Part shown: positions 29,212 to 38,419 of the stretch, one piece after another | Numbering within the stretch: the first letter of the stretch is position 1 | Layout of the letters: the number at the start of each line of letters is the position of its first letter | Origin: Lachnoclostridium sp. UBA1175 | GTDB taxonomy: Bacteria; Bacillota; Clostridia; Lachnospirales; Lachnospiraceae | DNA: 64,000 bases | Reading direction: 5' to 3' | Assembly: GCA_002311665.1 (NCBI GenBank) | Contig: DBYX01000008.1 | Coordinates: 27,268 to 91,267, forward strand | Program-made: the position numbers and the translations under genes | The notes under the pieces: generated by a model | The model's database searches: none | The model's input: the letters and a program-made list of their open reading frames with translations, nothing else | What the model was told of the DNA's origin: nothing

Positions 29212-30285
29212 TTATAATATTATATTATTGACCCACGTTGTAACATCTCTATCTGGCATGCCAGGTCTACAAGAATTAATCATGTGTGCCCACATAACGC
29301 TTTCTCTGAAAGGACTACTCATAGATGCGACTCGGAAATAAGCTTTTTCTTCCTTTGCTTGTTCATCCAGTGCTATATCCGCCAGATCGATTAAAGATAA
29401 TGACTTCAAGTCTATCGTCATATACGGAATTTTCGTCGGTAACTCGGGCAAAGGAACCTTTGCATAATTGTATCCTGTGTGAATATATCTGGTAACTAAG
29501 TTATGCAATTCTTCACCACTTGGCATATTCCCAGAAGAATAATATAAATCTTTTGCCGCTTTACACTCGGCAACCAGAATTTTCTTGTTAGGCTTGGCGC
29601 GAGCCATATCGCAGGAAGGCGTAAGAACCACGCAGTACTGAGTTGCCTTTGCTATAGAAGAGCAGTTATTATTATTATTCTTTCTAAGGATATCAGCCGC
29701 CATTAAAGTCTTACTAATCGGAGGATATTCATATTCCATCCAAGCGGGAGGGAAAAAATCTTCCTCATCTTTGGGGAATGCGCTTTGAATTCTTTTTCTA
29801 AGCATATACTTCACTATATCAACATCAAGATTATTGATTGAAAAGTAATATGCCATTGCCTTGGCCGAAAGCAGAAGCGAACTGTTAAGTTCTTTCTTGG
29901 ATTCTTTTACAGCTTGTATATATGGTTCCCATTGTTCGATTTTGTCGATAACTACTTGTTCATCGCCTTTTGGGAGAATCTCAATCATCGGGTTTCCTTC
30001 TGCAATACTAACCACATCGTCTGATATCGTGGATGCAATTGCAGAAAAAACAATTACAGGAACAAAATCGTTTTCGTATAACGCCTTAAAAATCGGATCC
30101 CCTTCATGTGTGTTTTCAGCGTCATACATCCAATCCATTACTACCAAGTCGGGATTGTACAGCAGTAATTCTTTTGGTGCCTCCTGGAAAGTACAGTTCT
30201 TGTAATCCCAATCACCCTTATCTTCCACATAATCCATGATTCCTTGTACAGCCTCTTGCCGATCTTCAATAAAAAGTATTTTCAT
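29212..30285 (-). CDS. Receiver (REC) domain protein with uncharacterised ~230-aa C-terminal domain (possible PD-(D/E)XK nuclease effector)
   Basis: 357 aa. KILFIEDRQ (E7-D8), DLVVMDW (D51), VIVFSA (S81), ILPKG (K106). The C-terminus has no HTH. YCVVLTPSCD(226)-x13-VAE(240)CK(242) resembles a restriction-endonuclease core. The ATG overlaps the kinase stop (ATGA). Confidence 0.7.
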   Translation of the reverse strand: MKILFIEDRQEAVQGIMDYVEDKGDWDYKNCTFQEAPKELLLYNPDLVVMDWMYDAENTHEGDPIFKALYENDFVPVIVFSAIASTISDDVVSIAEGNPMIEILPKGDEQVVIDKIEQWEPYIQAVKESKKELNSSLLLSAKAMAYYFSINNLDVDIVKYMLRKRIQSAFPKDEEDFFPPAWMEYEYPPISKTLMAADILRKNNNNNCSSIAKATQYCVVLTPSCDMARAKPNKKILVAECKAAKDLYYSSGNMPSGEELHNLVTRYIHTGYNYAKVPLPELPTKIPYMTIDLKSLSLIDLADIALDEQAKEEKAYFRVASMSSPFRESVMWAHMINSCRPGMPDRDVTTWVNNIIL

Positions 30286-32402
30286 TTTGTTTCACTAATT
30301 GGAAAATCCACCACCAGAGATGCTCCACCAATTTTCCCGGGTTGCAGAACACCAACTTTTCCTCCGTATGATTTTATGATTTCTGTGACAATTACTAACC
30401 CCATTCCAATTCCTTTAGGTTTTGAAGTCACTCCTGGTACAAATATCCTTTCCGAATCTTTTTCGGCAATGCCCTTGCCGGTATCATTAACGGAAACACA
30501 ACATCTATCACCCTTAATCTCCTCAATAACAACAGATATCTTTTTGCGAACATCATTATCCTGCATCCAATAACAAGAATTATCGAACAAATTGATAAAA
30601 ACTGTCTGCAACTCACTAATAGGCACTACCACAAGAATATCATCACTTATACCGTTTTCCAATTCGACTCCCTCGCACATTTTTTTTGCGGAAATCAATT
30701 CAAAACTCTGCCTTACCGCCTCTTTTAGACTTACAGGCGGAACACGTTTTCTTAAGTCTCGTTTATAAAGCGGTGCAAAACTGTTTGTCACCTCAAGAAT
30801 TCGTTTATGACTTTTCAATGAGCTTTCATAATATCTTTCTGTCTTTACATCCATCGGCAACGTTTTCTTTACTCGATCCAAAAAACGTTTTATCGTAGTC
30901 ATACCCGTTAGTATTTCGTGCATAATAACTATTGCTACAGATCCCAAAGAAGCCGTTTGAGCATAGTAAATAAGCCGCTCATTCAATTCCTGTAACTGTA
31001 GTTCATTCTTTTCATGAAAGTCCCTGATATACTTTACAAGTTCTTCTGCATTTGCACCGTTTTTTGCAGCATTTTCTACTGATTCTACCAATTCGCCTGA
31101 AGATAAGGGTGTGAGCATTTCTGATAAAGATTCACCCTTTTTCCCTTCTTCTTTATCATTATTCCGCTCCCGCTGCAATGCATCAACGACCTCTAACATA
31201 GTCTCTACAAACTGCTTATATTGAGCTGTATCGGCAAGTTTCTCTCTGTCGGTTGTATCTTTAATGTCTGGGTTTCTTTCATTACTTATTTGAACTATCC
31301 CAATAATCTGATTAGTGCTCAGTCTACGTCCTATTTGACTTATTCGCTTGGCATCCAATCCCAGCCAGTCTCTACCTGCTTCAGACTTTGGCAAAACCAG
31401 CACCTTATCGCGATAAACAGAAATACCTTTATATAGTTTAATACTTGCTCTAATATCCCTTTTCCCAATTTCGAAGCGGTCAGACACCCCCTGAAGGCTC
31501 TCAGCGTCCATATCCCAAGCCCTCAATTCAAAGGAATAGGGCCCCGCAGAATATTTTTTTAGCTCTTTTTGATCGTGCAATAAATCTGCATTATTGTAGT
31601 TTTCAGCAGTCCACTCTATAGTTCCGCTGTTTTCTCTTTTTCTGTTTCCCTCTTCAAAATAATACTTGTATTCTATAGTGCCTTTTTCATTTACCTCTCC
31701 GATTATTTTATACGTTGGATTACCAATAAAGTTCTTGGATTCAACACGTATTCCTTCTGTATCACCTAGTGCTGTAACAAAAACATTGAAATCATTTATT
31801 TCCTCAAAAGGCGAAATCAACCGGGATAACTCATTCATAAGATCAGCTAACTTTTCACGATTGTCCCAATTGTCATTTAGATCTTGAATAATAATAGTGG
31901 TTCCTACACTCTCTACACTGTCTAGTACTCTCAACTTCATTTTACAATCGTCTAGTTTTTCTATTTCATTAAAGAGTTCCCAGTCAAAATAAGCCTCCAT
32001 TGCTGGGCCATCCTCTGTCTTAGTAATCATAGTCATAGTACGACCAAGTCGAGCAGCCGAAAACCGACCCAAGCCTTTGTTCCCGGAAACAATTCGTGTA
32101 TGTTCCACCCCGTCTATTACTCTTTTTACGTATGGATTATTCTTTTTGTACGGTGTTGCTATTGTCGCCCAGGCATTAACAATCACGTCCTTTGTCATCC
32201 CGTGACCATCATCCTTAATTACAATTCTCGGATTTCCATCCTTATCCTTTTCAAATATCAAGTTTACTGTTAGTGCATACGCATCATAAGCGTTCTTCAC
32301 CAGTTCTAATATCGCAACACTGTCACTGGTTACTAATTCTTCGCCAAATGCCGCGAATGCTCGCGGATGAATCTTTATATTAATGCTTTCTTCTTTATTC
32401 AC
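30282..32402 (-). CDS. Soluble hybrid protein: N-terminal GHKL (HATPase_c_3/MORC-like) ATPase module + C-terminal histidine kinase core (HisKA + HATPase_c)
   Basis: 706 aa, GTG start with RBS GGAGGTGA, no TM spans. N-terminal ILELVKNAYDA / KDDGHGM / GNKGLGRFS. C-terminal H-box TASLGSVAIVIMHEILTGMTTIKRFL, N-box INLFDNSCYW, G1 VNDTGKGI, G2 KPKGIGMGLVIV. Confidence 0.8.
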   Translation of the reverse strand: MNKEESINIKIHPRAFAAFGEELVTSDSVAILELVKNAYDAYALTVNLIFEKDKDGNPRIVIKDDGHGMTKDVIVNAWATIATPYKKNNPYVKRVIDGVEHTRIVSGNKGLGRFSAARLGRTMTMITKTEDGPAMEAYFDWELFNEIEKLDDCKMKLRVLDSVESVGTTIIIQDLNDNWDNREKLADLMNELSRLISPFEEINDFNVFVTALGDTEGIRVESKNFIGNPTYKIIGEVNEKGTIEYKYYFEEGNRKRENSGTIEWTAENYNNADLLHDQKELKKYSAGPYSFELRAWDMDAESLQGVSDRFEIGKRDIRASIKLYKGISVYRDKVLVLPKSEAGRDWLGLDAKRISQIGRRLSTNQIIGIVQISNERNPDIKDTTDREKLADTAQYKQFVETMLEVVDALQRERNNDKEEGKKGESLSEMLTPLSSGELVESVENAAKNGANAEELVKYIRDFHEKNELQLQELNERLIYYAQTASLGSVAIVIMHEILTGMTTIKRFLDRVKKTLPMDVKTERYYESSLKSHKRILEVTNSFAPLYKRDLRKRVPPVSLKEAVRQSFELISAKKMCEGVELENGISDDILVVVPISELQTVFINLFDNSCYWMQDNDVRKKISVVIEEIKGDRCCVSVNDTGKGIAEKDSERIFVPGVTSKPKGIGMGLVIVTEIIKSYGGKVGVLQPGKIGGASLVVDFPISETK

Positions 32403-32522
32403 CTATCTCACCTCCAATAAATCTGATTCATTCTATTAATCTACTCTTATTCGCTCACTGCCCGTTACTCTTTGCCTCTTTCTGGTTTACAACAACTATG
32501 CATTGCAGTTCTTTTTTTCTTT

Positions 32523-33704
32523 TTATTTCTCAACGGGCTTTTCACTACTATCTGTCAAATAGACTAGTTGGTCATATATAAACTCTGCCATCGTTTCTAT
32601 AACTGGAATCGAAACCGAATTCCCAAACTGTTTATATTTCTGCCCTTCAGGTATATTTTCAGGAAAAGAGAATCCCTCAGCTCCCGTTATAGGATCGACA
32701 AATCCATATCCTATAAACCCTTGAAGCCTTCCCCATTCAGTAGGAGTCATCATTCGAATATTTTTTTTATTTATCCCCCCTTTTTTCTTTAATGTTTTTT
32801 CTTCCTCATACGTATGAACCGGCATCTTTTGTATAACAAGATTTCGTTCCTTCCCGGAACCCCCAGTCGCCATTATAGTATTGGCATACTCCCGATTATG
32901 TTCTCGATTGTTTAGAACATAGTAACCGAACCCATTTCCATGTTCTTTTTGTCGTCTCGCGTGCTTTTCCAACGTATCCAGATAAGTTGCTGACAGATAG
33001 TATTTCAAATCAACTGACGCCTCTAAGATTTCGTTCAAATTCTTATTTAGGTACGGATGATCCAAAAGCCGCTGGCTTAGCTGTGATGGCAATTCATTTA
33101 CAAATCCCTCTGAATCCAATCGTGCTCCATACAAGTCTCTATTAAAAGCAATAAAATACGCACGGGGGCGATTCTGGGGCAACCCAAAATTTTTCGTGTT
33201 TCTTACAAACGATTTTTTATCATAAACCAACTCTCCATCATCTTCCTGAACAACCCCAATGACTTTATAGTTCAATTTCTTCTCTATCGTATCTATAATA
33301 ACCTTTATCGTTCTTTTCTTATCGTGAGATACGATATTCTGAACATTCTCCAAAAAAATAGCCTTGGGTCTACTTAATTCGACAATCTGTGCGATATGAA
33401 AAAAAATAGTGCCTTTTGTTAAATCACTAAATCCATCTAGGTTTCCCTGACTACTGAATGGTTGACAAGGGAAACCTGCCATTAGCACATCATACTTACA
33501 ATGAGACACCTTCTCTTTGAATTCGTCCGATGTCAGGTCATTTCTGGGGTCATCCCCAAACAAATGCTCATATGTCCTCGCCGCATATTCATCGACCTCT
33601 GCGGAGAGGACATTAACAAAATGTCCGGTTAATTCAAATCCTCTCCTAATTCCGCCGATTCCCGCACATAAATCTATTGTTCTATACATTTCCTTGTTTC
33701 TCAC
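32523..33704 (-). CDS. dcm: DNA (cytosine-5)-methyltransferase
   Basis: Motif I DLCAGIGG, IV GFPCQPFS, VI FLENVQN, VIII QNRPRAYFIAF, X QFGNSVSIPV. The start is GTG 33704 or ATG 33689. Confidence 0.95.
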   Translation of the reverse strand: MRNKEMYRTIDLCAGIGGIRRGFELTGHFVNVLSAEVDEYAARTYEHLFGDDPRNDLTSDEFKEKVSHCKYDVLMAGFPCQPFSSQGNLDGFSDLTKGTIFFHIAQIVELSRPKAIFLENVQNIVSHDKKRTIKVIIDTIEKKLNYKVIGVVQEDDGELVYDKKSFVRNTKNFGLPQNRPRAYFIAFNRDLYGARLDSEGFVNELPSQLSQRLLDHPYLNKNLNEILEASVDLKYYLSATYLDTLEKHARRQKEHGNGFGYYVLNNREHNREYANTIMATGGSGKERNLVIQKMPVHTYEEEKTLKKKGGINKKNIRMMTPTEWGRLQGFIGYGFVDPITGAEGFSFPENIPEGQKYKQFGNSVSIPVIETMAEFIYDQLVYLTDSSEKPVEK

Positions 33705-33707
33705 ATT

Positions 33708-34625
33708 CTAGTTTATTATTTCACCTATTATTCCATCTAGAGTAACTGTATATGTGATGTTCATAACACCTTCCGGCAAATCTCCTCCGATAAACGAAGA
33801 CCGTCTGATTGCCGGAAAGTTCTCATCGATAAGATACTTTGTAACAGCTATAATGGCATAGTTTCTTTTTCGTGCTGTCTTCCCCTTTTCCAACCCGAGT
33901 TTACTCAGTTTTTCATTCAATCCGGAAGAACTATATCCAAGTTCTTCCAAATCTTGAACCAAACTGTTAATACTGATTCCCTCTTGTGCTGATTCGAACT
34001 GACAAAGCATTAGATAGAGTTTTGCTCCGTCCGGAGGATCCAGTTGGAACAAATTACTGAGGGTTATTTGCTTTTTGTTTCTTGCTGTAGTTGATTTAAC
34101 TTCCGCATAATAACCACCGCAATCTATATCATATGTCGCTCCGTTAGGACCGTTCCATTCTGCCTGCTCTCCGTGTTCGGCAAGATACTTTAAAACCCAC
34201 AGTTCTCCAAGAACATCGTATGCGCGAAAATCAACATTCTTGTTGCCGAGTAATTCCCTCCATCGAGCCCACCAAGCCAGCGGATTGCTCTCCAGTTCTC
34301 TTCGCAATTCTCCGTTCTGTCCCGGAGTTATCATCTCGGCACACAATGCCGAAAACGGCTCGATTATGTCTTCTTTATCACTGGTTAAAAACAGAAAATT
34401 CTTTTCGGTTTCTCCATTTAATACTCTTTTATCTGTGTATAGGTGGGCTCCCGAAAAATACTCCGAAATATCCTCGTCCGTTTCTATCGGTACTGCCACT
34501 CCGTACTCAGAGCGATTTTTCAACGTCCAGGTCTCGTACCCCTCTTTTGAAAGACTCACCACGCTCATAAACATGCCGGAAGGTGTTCCCGCCCAATTAT
34601 TCATTAGTTCTTCTGTCAACATCAT
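33708..34625 (-). CDS. PD-(D/E)XK motif protein (putative restriction endonuclease component)
   Basis: 305 aa. ATYDID-x8-AEVKST core, typical of the 'PD-(D/E)XK motif protein' that accompanies Z1/GHKL/dcm clusters. 3 nt from dcm. Confidence 0.7.
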   Translation of the reverse strand: MMLTEELMNNWAGTPSGMFMSVVSLSKEGYETWTLKNRSEYGVAVPIETDEDISEYFSGAHLYTDKRVLNGETEKNFLFLTSDKEDIIEPFSALCAEMITPGQNGELRRELESNPLAWWARWRELLGNKNVDFRAYDVLGELWVLKYLAEHGEQAEWNGPNGATYDIDCGGYYAEVKSTTARNKKQITLSNLFQLDPPDGAKLYLMLCQFESAQEGISINSLVQDLEELGYSSSGLNEKLSKLGLEKGKTARKRNYAIIAVTKYLIDENFPAIRRSSFIGGDLPEGVMNITYTVTLDGIIGEIIN

Positions 34626-35358
34626 CGATTTCTATGGAAAGTTGCCTGAAAAGCATTCCCAAATATCCTTTCTCCGCATCTTTTACAAGCGCGGGTTCTG
34701 TAGTTCTGCAGTTAACCAGGTTCTGCTTTTGAATAGTATTGAAGAGGTCTGTGTTTTTGTTCTTCACACGAGAATAATCATACATTAGCTGCCGGTATAA
34801 CGCCAACCTGTAACCTTGTCCTGTTCGTTCAATAAGATCACTTATTGTATCAACCCCGAATCTGCGAAGCACATCATATGTCTCGGCTTCTGAACCTTGC
34901 CAGGAAAGAAAAATATACCACCACAGCGTTTTGAGCCAAATTCTTCGTGTGTGCGAGTAAAATCTCTTATGATTAATATGTCCGCCCTGTTCCAGTATCT
35001 CTTTTTCCGGAGTCGGGTATCTTTCATAAGTAATATCTGGGAACACTTTGCAAGACAGGTAACGCCATATATCATCATCACTCGCTAATACAAAGGAAAA
35101 ACCGTTCGCTGGATTGAACTCCCTATATAACGCGAATCCGACTTTTAAATCCGTTTCATACCATCCAAATGGTTTTGATTCTTTATAAACGGCAATAACC
35201 TTGTTTCTTAACTCATTATATTCAAAACTGAAATCGTCGACAATATTGTTCTTCCATTTGGCAATCAACTCGTCAAATAACGGTGCAGACAATTTGTCAA
35301 TATCATCGATCAAATGCTTTGCTTGGTCCTTTGTAAGTTTTTTGGTCGGAATCATCAA
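34597..35358 (-). CDS. Hypothetical protein (253 aa), no recognisable domain
   Basis: Long ORF with island-like codon usage. ATGA overlap with the upstream gene, and 8-29 nt overlap with the downstream gene. Confidence 0.6.
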   Translation of the reverse strand: MMIPTKKLTKDQAKHLIDDIDKLSAPLFDELIAKWKNNIVDDFSFEYNELRNKVIAVYKESKPFGWYETDLKVGFALYREFNPANGFSFVLASDDDIWRYLSCKVFPDITYERYPTPEKEILEQGGHINHKRFYSHTRRIWLKTLWWYIFLSWQGSEAETYDVLRRFGVDTISDLIERTGQGYRLALYRQLMYDYSRVKNKNTDLFNTIQKQNLVNCRTTEPALVKDAEKGYLGMLFRQLSIEIDDVDRRTNE

Positions 35359-36284
35359 TCATCGCCTCCGTTAATCATATCAGCAACATTCATCCAAATA
35401 GTTTTATGCATCCTTTCTTCCGTAGAAAAATCAATGTCCGTTTTGCAACTGTCTTTAAAATAATAAAGTATTTTGCTGATGCTTCCTTCCTCCAAATCAA
35501 CATCATTAATGGTGTTTGCAAGGCAACCGCAGTCCGATACCTTCCTATACAGCATCACATAAACCGTCGTTATGATATCTATCAAGACATCAGCATACTT
35601 TACCGTCTCACCCATTTTGGGACACAGTTCATATGCTGTATTCAGATAAATACAAAGACTATCTTCATCAAACAAATCTTTTTGGGGTTCACTCCAATCA
35701 GACAATTCCAGCCACCACATAGGAAGTTTCTTATCATTTATCTCCGCAATAGGGAACTCCATGTACATGCTTCCGAGATCAAGATGAACCTCATCCAGAA
35801 CACCTACCTTAACACCTTCATCGTTCATTAAAGATTCCTCGCCCAAAAGAATCTTTTCGGCGGCTTTTTTGATATACAGTTGAGTCTCGAGGCATAAATC
35901 CCCTTTGATTGTGCCGGGTTCAAACAAATAATCAAACTCGTACACACTAGATGCTTCATTCCTGTAAGTGTTCCCTGGAAGAATAGTACCCATTTGCTTC
36001 AGTGTTTTATTAGTCCAAATAATGCAAATTCCAAGCTCCGCATCTTCACACGCGATGCCCGATTTTCCATACAAGTATTCCGGATACTCAATGACAATAC
36101 TTCGTCTTATTCTCAAACCATCTCGTTCGATTCTCCAGGTATCATCATCGAATTTGACTACATTCTTGCCTTTTCCGATAAGCCTGCAGTCAAGATCATT
36201 AACGTTGTAACTGTATATATACGATGTCAATGAGAACCCTGCAGTTTCCAATAATTCATCTGTTAATGTCGGGTAAAAAAACAT
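35355..36284 (-). CDS. Hypothetical protein (309 aa), no recognisable domain
   Basis: Long ORF with island-like codon usage. It lies 17 nt downstream of the GHKL gene and overlaps the next gene by 4 nt. Confidence 0.6.
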   Translation of the reverse strand: MFFYPTLTDELLETAGFSLTSYIYSYNVNDLDCRLIGKGKNVVKFDDDTWRIERDGLRIRRSIVIEYPEYLYGKSGIACEDAELGICIIWTNKTLKQMGTILPGNTYRNEASSVYEFDYLFEPGTIKGDLCLETQLYIKKAAEKILLGEESLMNDEGVKVGVLDEVHLDLGSMYMEFPIAEINDKKLPMWWLELSDWSEPQKDLFDEDSLCIYLNTAYELCPKMGETVKYADVLIDIITTVYVMLYRKVSDCGCLANTINDVDLEEGSISKILYYFKDSCKTDIDFSTEERMHKTIWMNVADMINGGDD

Positions 36285-36301
36285 GATCGTCGCTCTCCCG
36301 G

Positions 36302-38419
36302 TTATTTATTGAATTCCTCAAGTATCTTATCAGACTTCATTTCCTTTAGTGTGAAACAATACTTTTTATCAGATGAAGTCAAAACAAGTCTTCCTGTAAC
36401 AATCGCATTTGTAATCTCGTTTTTCACTCTGATACCAAACGCGCTTCCTTCCTTTGTGTAAAGCAGTTCCAATTGCGTATAAGAGTTCTGAATCTGTCTG
36501 TTGTCAGGGCCGCAACTCGCCTCAATCTTTTCGGTTTTTCCCAGATCAACCGAATACGTTTTGCAATTACAGATAAGCGGAACCGCAATCGGAAATGCCG
36601 TACCGATATCAGATGCCCAAGTTTTAGCATCAACAAATCCTACCTCTGATTCAACAAACAGCCCTATAAGCGTTGACTTCAATTCGTTTTTGAATGTCAT
36701 TTTAAAGTCCATAGAAACACTGTTTCCATCAAACGTACTCGGTGAGAACTCCAGTATAAAATTACTGCTTTTTCCTCCTCCGCCTCCTGCGCCACCCGAT
36801 CCGGCTCCTCTTCTCTTGCCATAACCGAGTTTCGGCAACAATCTGTGCCCCAGCTTGCTGGAAAGTCTGCTGGCCGCTCCGGAAAGACTCGATACATCCT
36901 GCTTTTTGTAACAGTTATTTATCTTCTTGACGAGCTGATTCTTTATATTTGTGATTATCGTCTGCTTTGATTCATCATTCCAATCCATGTGGTCGGATTT
37001 TTCGCATCTTCTTAAGTACTCACCGAAATCGTTCTTTGCTAATCCGCTATCCCAATAAACACGCTTCACCTGAAGGGCACAATTCGGAACAAAGAAAACA
37101 AACAAAAAACTATCATCTCCCTCTGGCTTAACCAATCCCTTTGTCCAGTCCCCATCGACTTTATAATCAAGAACCACTCCTGCGGCTCTCGCAAACATAA
37201 CTATCGGATCATTATTAGTGAGCGTATTAAACATCCGAAGGTATGCTTTGGGCGGTATTATAGTACCGGTATTGCTTAGCTTCGAACTACTGACAACTAC
37301 AGATGCCGCATAGCCTGCCTGTCCGCCTTCGATTTTATTTGACGGTATTTGCACGCACTTAATATCACCGAATTTTGCCGAGTAATAGTCTTGACGTCCG
37401 TATTTATTTGCACTGAGAGCAGCAGTATACAGCTCTTGAATCAAAAGAAACAGCAAACGCATATCCTGTATCCTGAGCGGATCGCCGTTAACTCTTACGA
37501 CCAGCCTTTTTTGATCGGAATACGCTTTCAAGTTTTTGTTGTCAAGTTTCGGCGCATACCACTTCTGTGCAGCAAGTTTTGTATATTCGACAATGTCATC
37601 CTTAAACGAACACATTGCGATAACATCGTCTGAAATATCACAATTCTCAGGGAAGATGCCTTCCATTAGCCTTCTTTTGTCAATGTACGGTATGATAATC
37701 GAAGTGCCTGTTTCATCCTCACCAAACGGTGCAATTCCAAAAATATCCAGTATCTCCGATATCTCCTTTTCATCGGTTAACGGACCGATCTCATCGTCTC
37801 GATTACCATACTTCATTCCCCACCATGCTCTTCCGATTGAATCTTTGCGAATTTTGGTAAGAAGAGCATCCTGACTGCCTTCTCTTTCGACCAAAGCAAC
37901 TATAAGACGTGATTCGTAGCCGGTATCTATTTTAATGTGCGAATAAAAAACTACCAGCCCTATTCCCACTCTGAAATAAACGCTCTTTCCGTAGCCCCAG
38001 CTTCCTCCTGCTTTTCCGCCGTCACTGTTCGTTTGCTCTTTACCAGTATCGAAAACTAGTTTAAAAAAGTTTCCATGATCATTCGGGTCAATCTCACCGA
38101 CTTTTGTTTTTCCGGTTAAGCCAGATGTTTTCAGATCTCGTATTTCGAGATAATCCGCAGTAGCTGAAGGATACTTCTCATCCAAAATCACACCGATATC
38201 CTTCAACACCCGATTTAGTTTTGACGGACTGAATTCACTATAATTAAAGTTTACGCAGAAGAAGTTTTCAGGTTCGTTCAACGAAGCGTCCGAACTGTTC
38301 TGTATTGCCTCCCGAACAAGCAAGTCAACATCGGGAATATGGTCATTCTGCAATGCCTTCAGGGCTCCGCTTCCATATGACGAATTAATCGTTGTTCCTA
38401 AAATGCAACTGTCAAGCAT
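36302..38419 (-). CDS. GHKL-superfamily (MORC/Hsp90/sacsin-like, HATPase_c_3) ATPase
   Basis: 705 aa. Bergerat motif I LLVREAIQNSSDA, motif II-like IRDLKTSGLTG, motif III GGSWGYGKSVYF. Gly-rich GKRRGAGSGGAGGGGGK linker. 8-nt overlap with Z1. Confidence 0.75.
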   Translation of the reverse strand: MLDSCILGTTINSSYGSGALKALQNDHIPDVDLLVREAIQNSSDASLNEPENFFCVNFNYSEFSPSKLNRVLKDIGVILDEKYPSATADYLEIRDLKTSGLTGKTKVGEIDPNDHGNFFKLVFDTGKEQTNSDGGKAGGSWGYGKSVYFRVGIGLVVFYSHIKIDTGYESRLIVALVEREGSQDALLTKIRKDSIGRAWWGMKYGNRDDEIGPLTDEKEISEILDIFGIAPFGEDETGTSIIIPYIDKRRLMEGIFPENCDISDDVIAMCSFKDDIVEYTKLAAQKWYAPKLDNKNLKAYSDQKRLVVRVNGDPLRIQDMRLLFLLIQELYTAALSANKYGRQDYYSAKFGDIKCVQIPSNKIEGGQAGYAASVVVSSSKLSNTGTIIPPKAYLRMFNTLTNNDPIVMFARAAGVVLDYKVDGDWTKGLVKPEGDDSFLFVFFVPNCALQVKRVYWDSGLAKNDFGEYLRRCEKSDHMDWNDESKQTIITNIKNQLVKKINNCYKKQDVSSLSGAASRLSSKLGHRLLPKLGYGKRRGAGSGGAGGGGGKSSNFILEFSPSTFDGNSVSMDFKMTFKNELKSTLIGLFVESEVGFVDAKTWASDIGTAFPIAVPLICNCKTYSVDLGKTEKIEASCGPDNRQIQNSYTQLELLYTKEGSAFGIRVKNEITNAIVTGRLVLTSSDKKYCFTLKEMKSDKILEEFNK

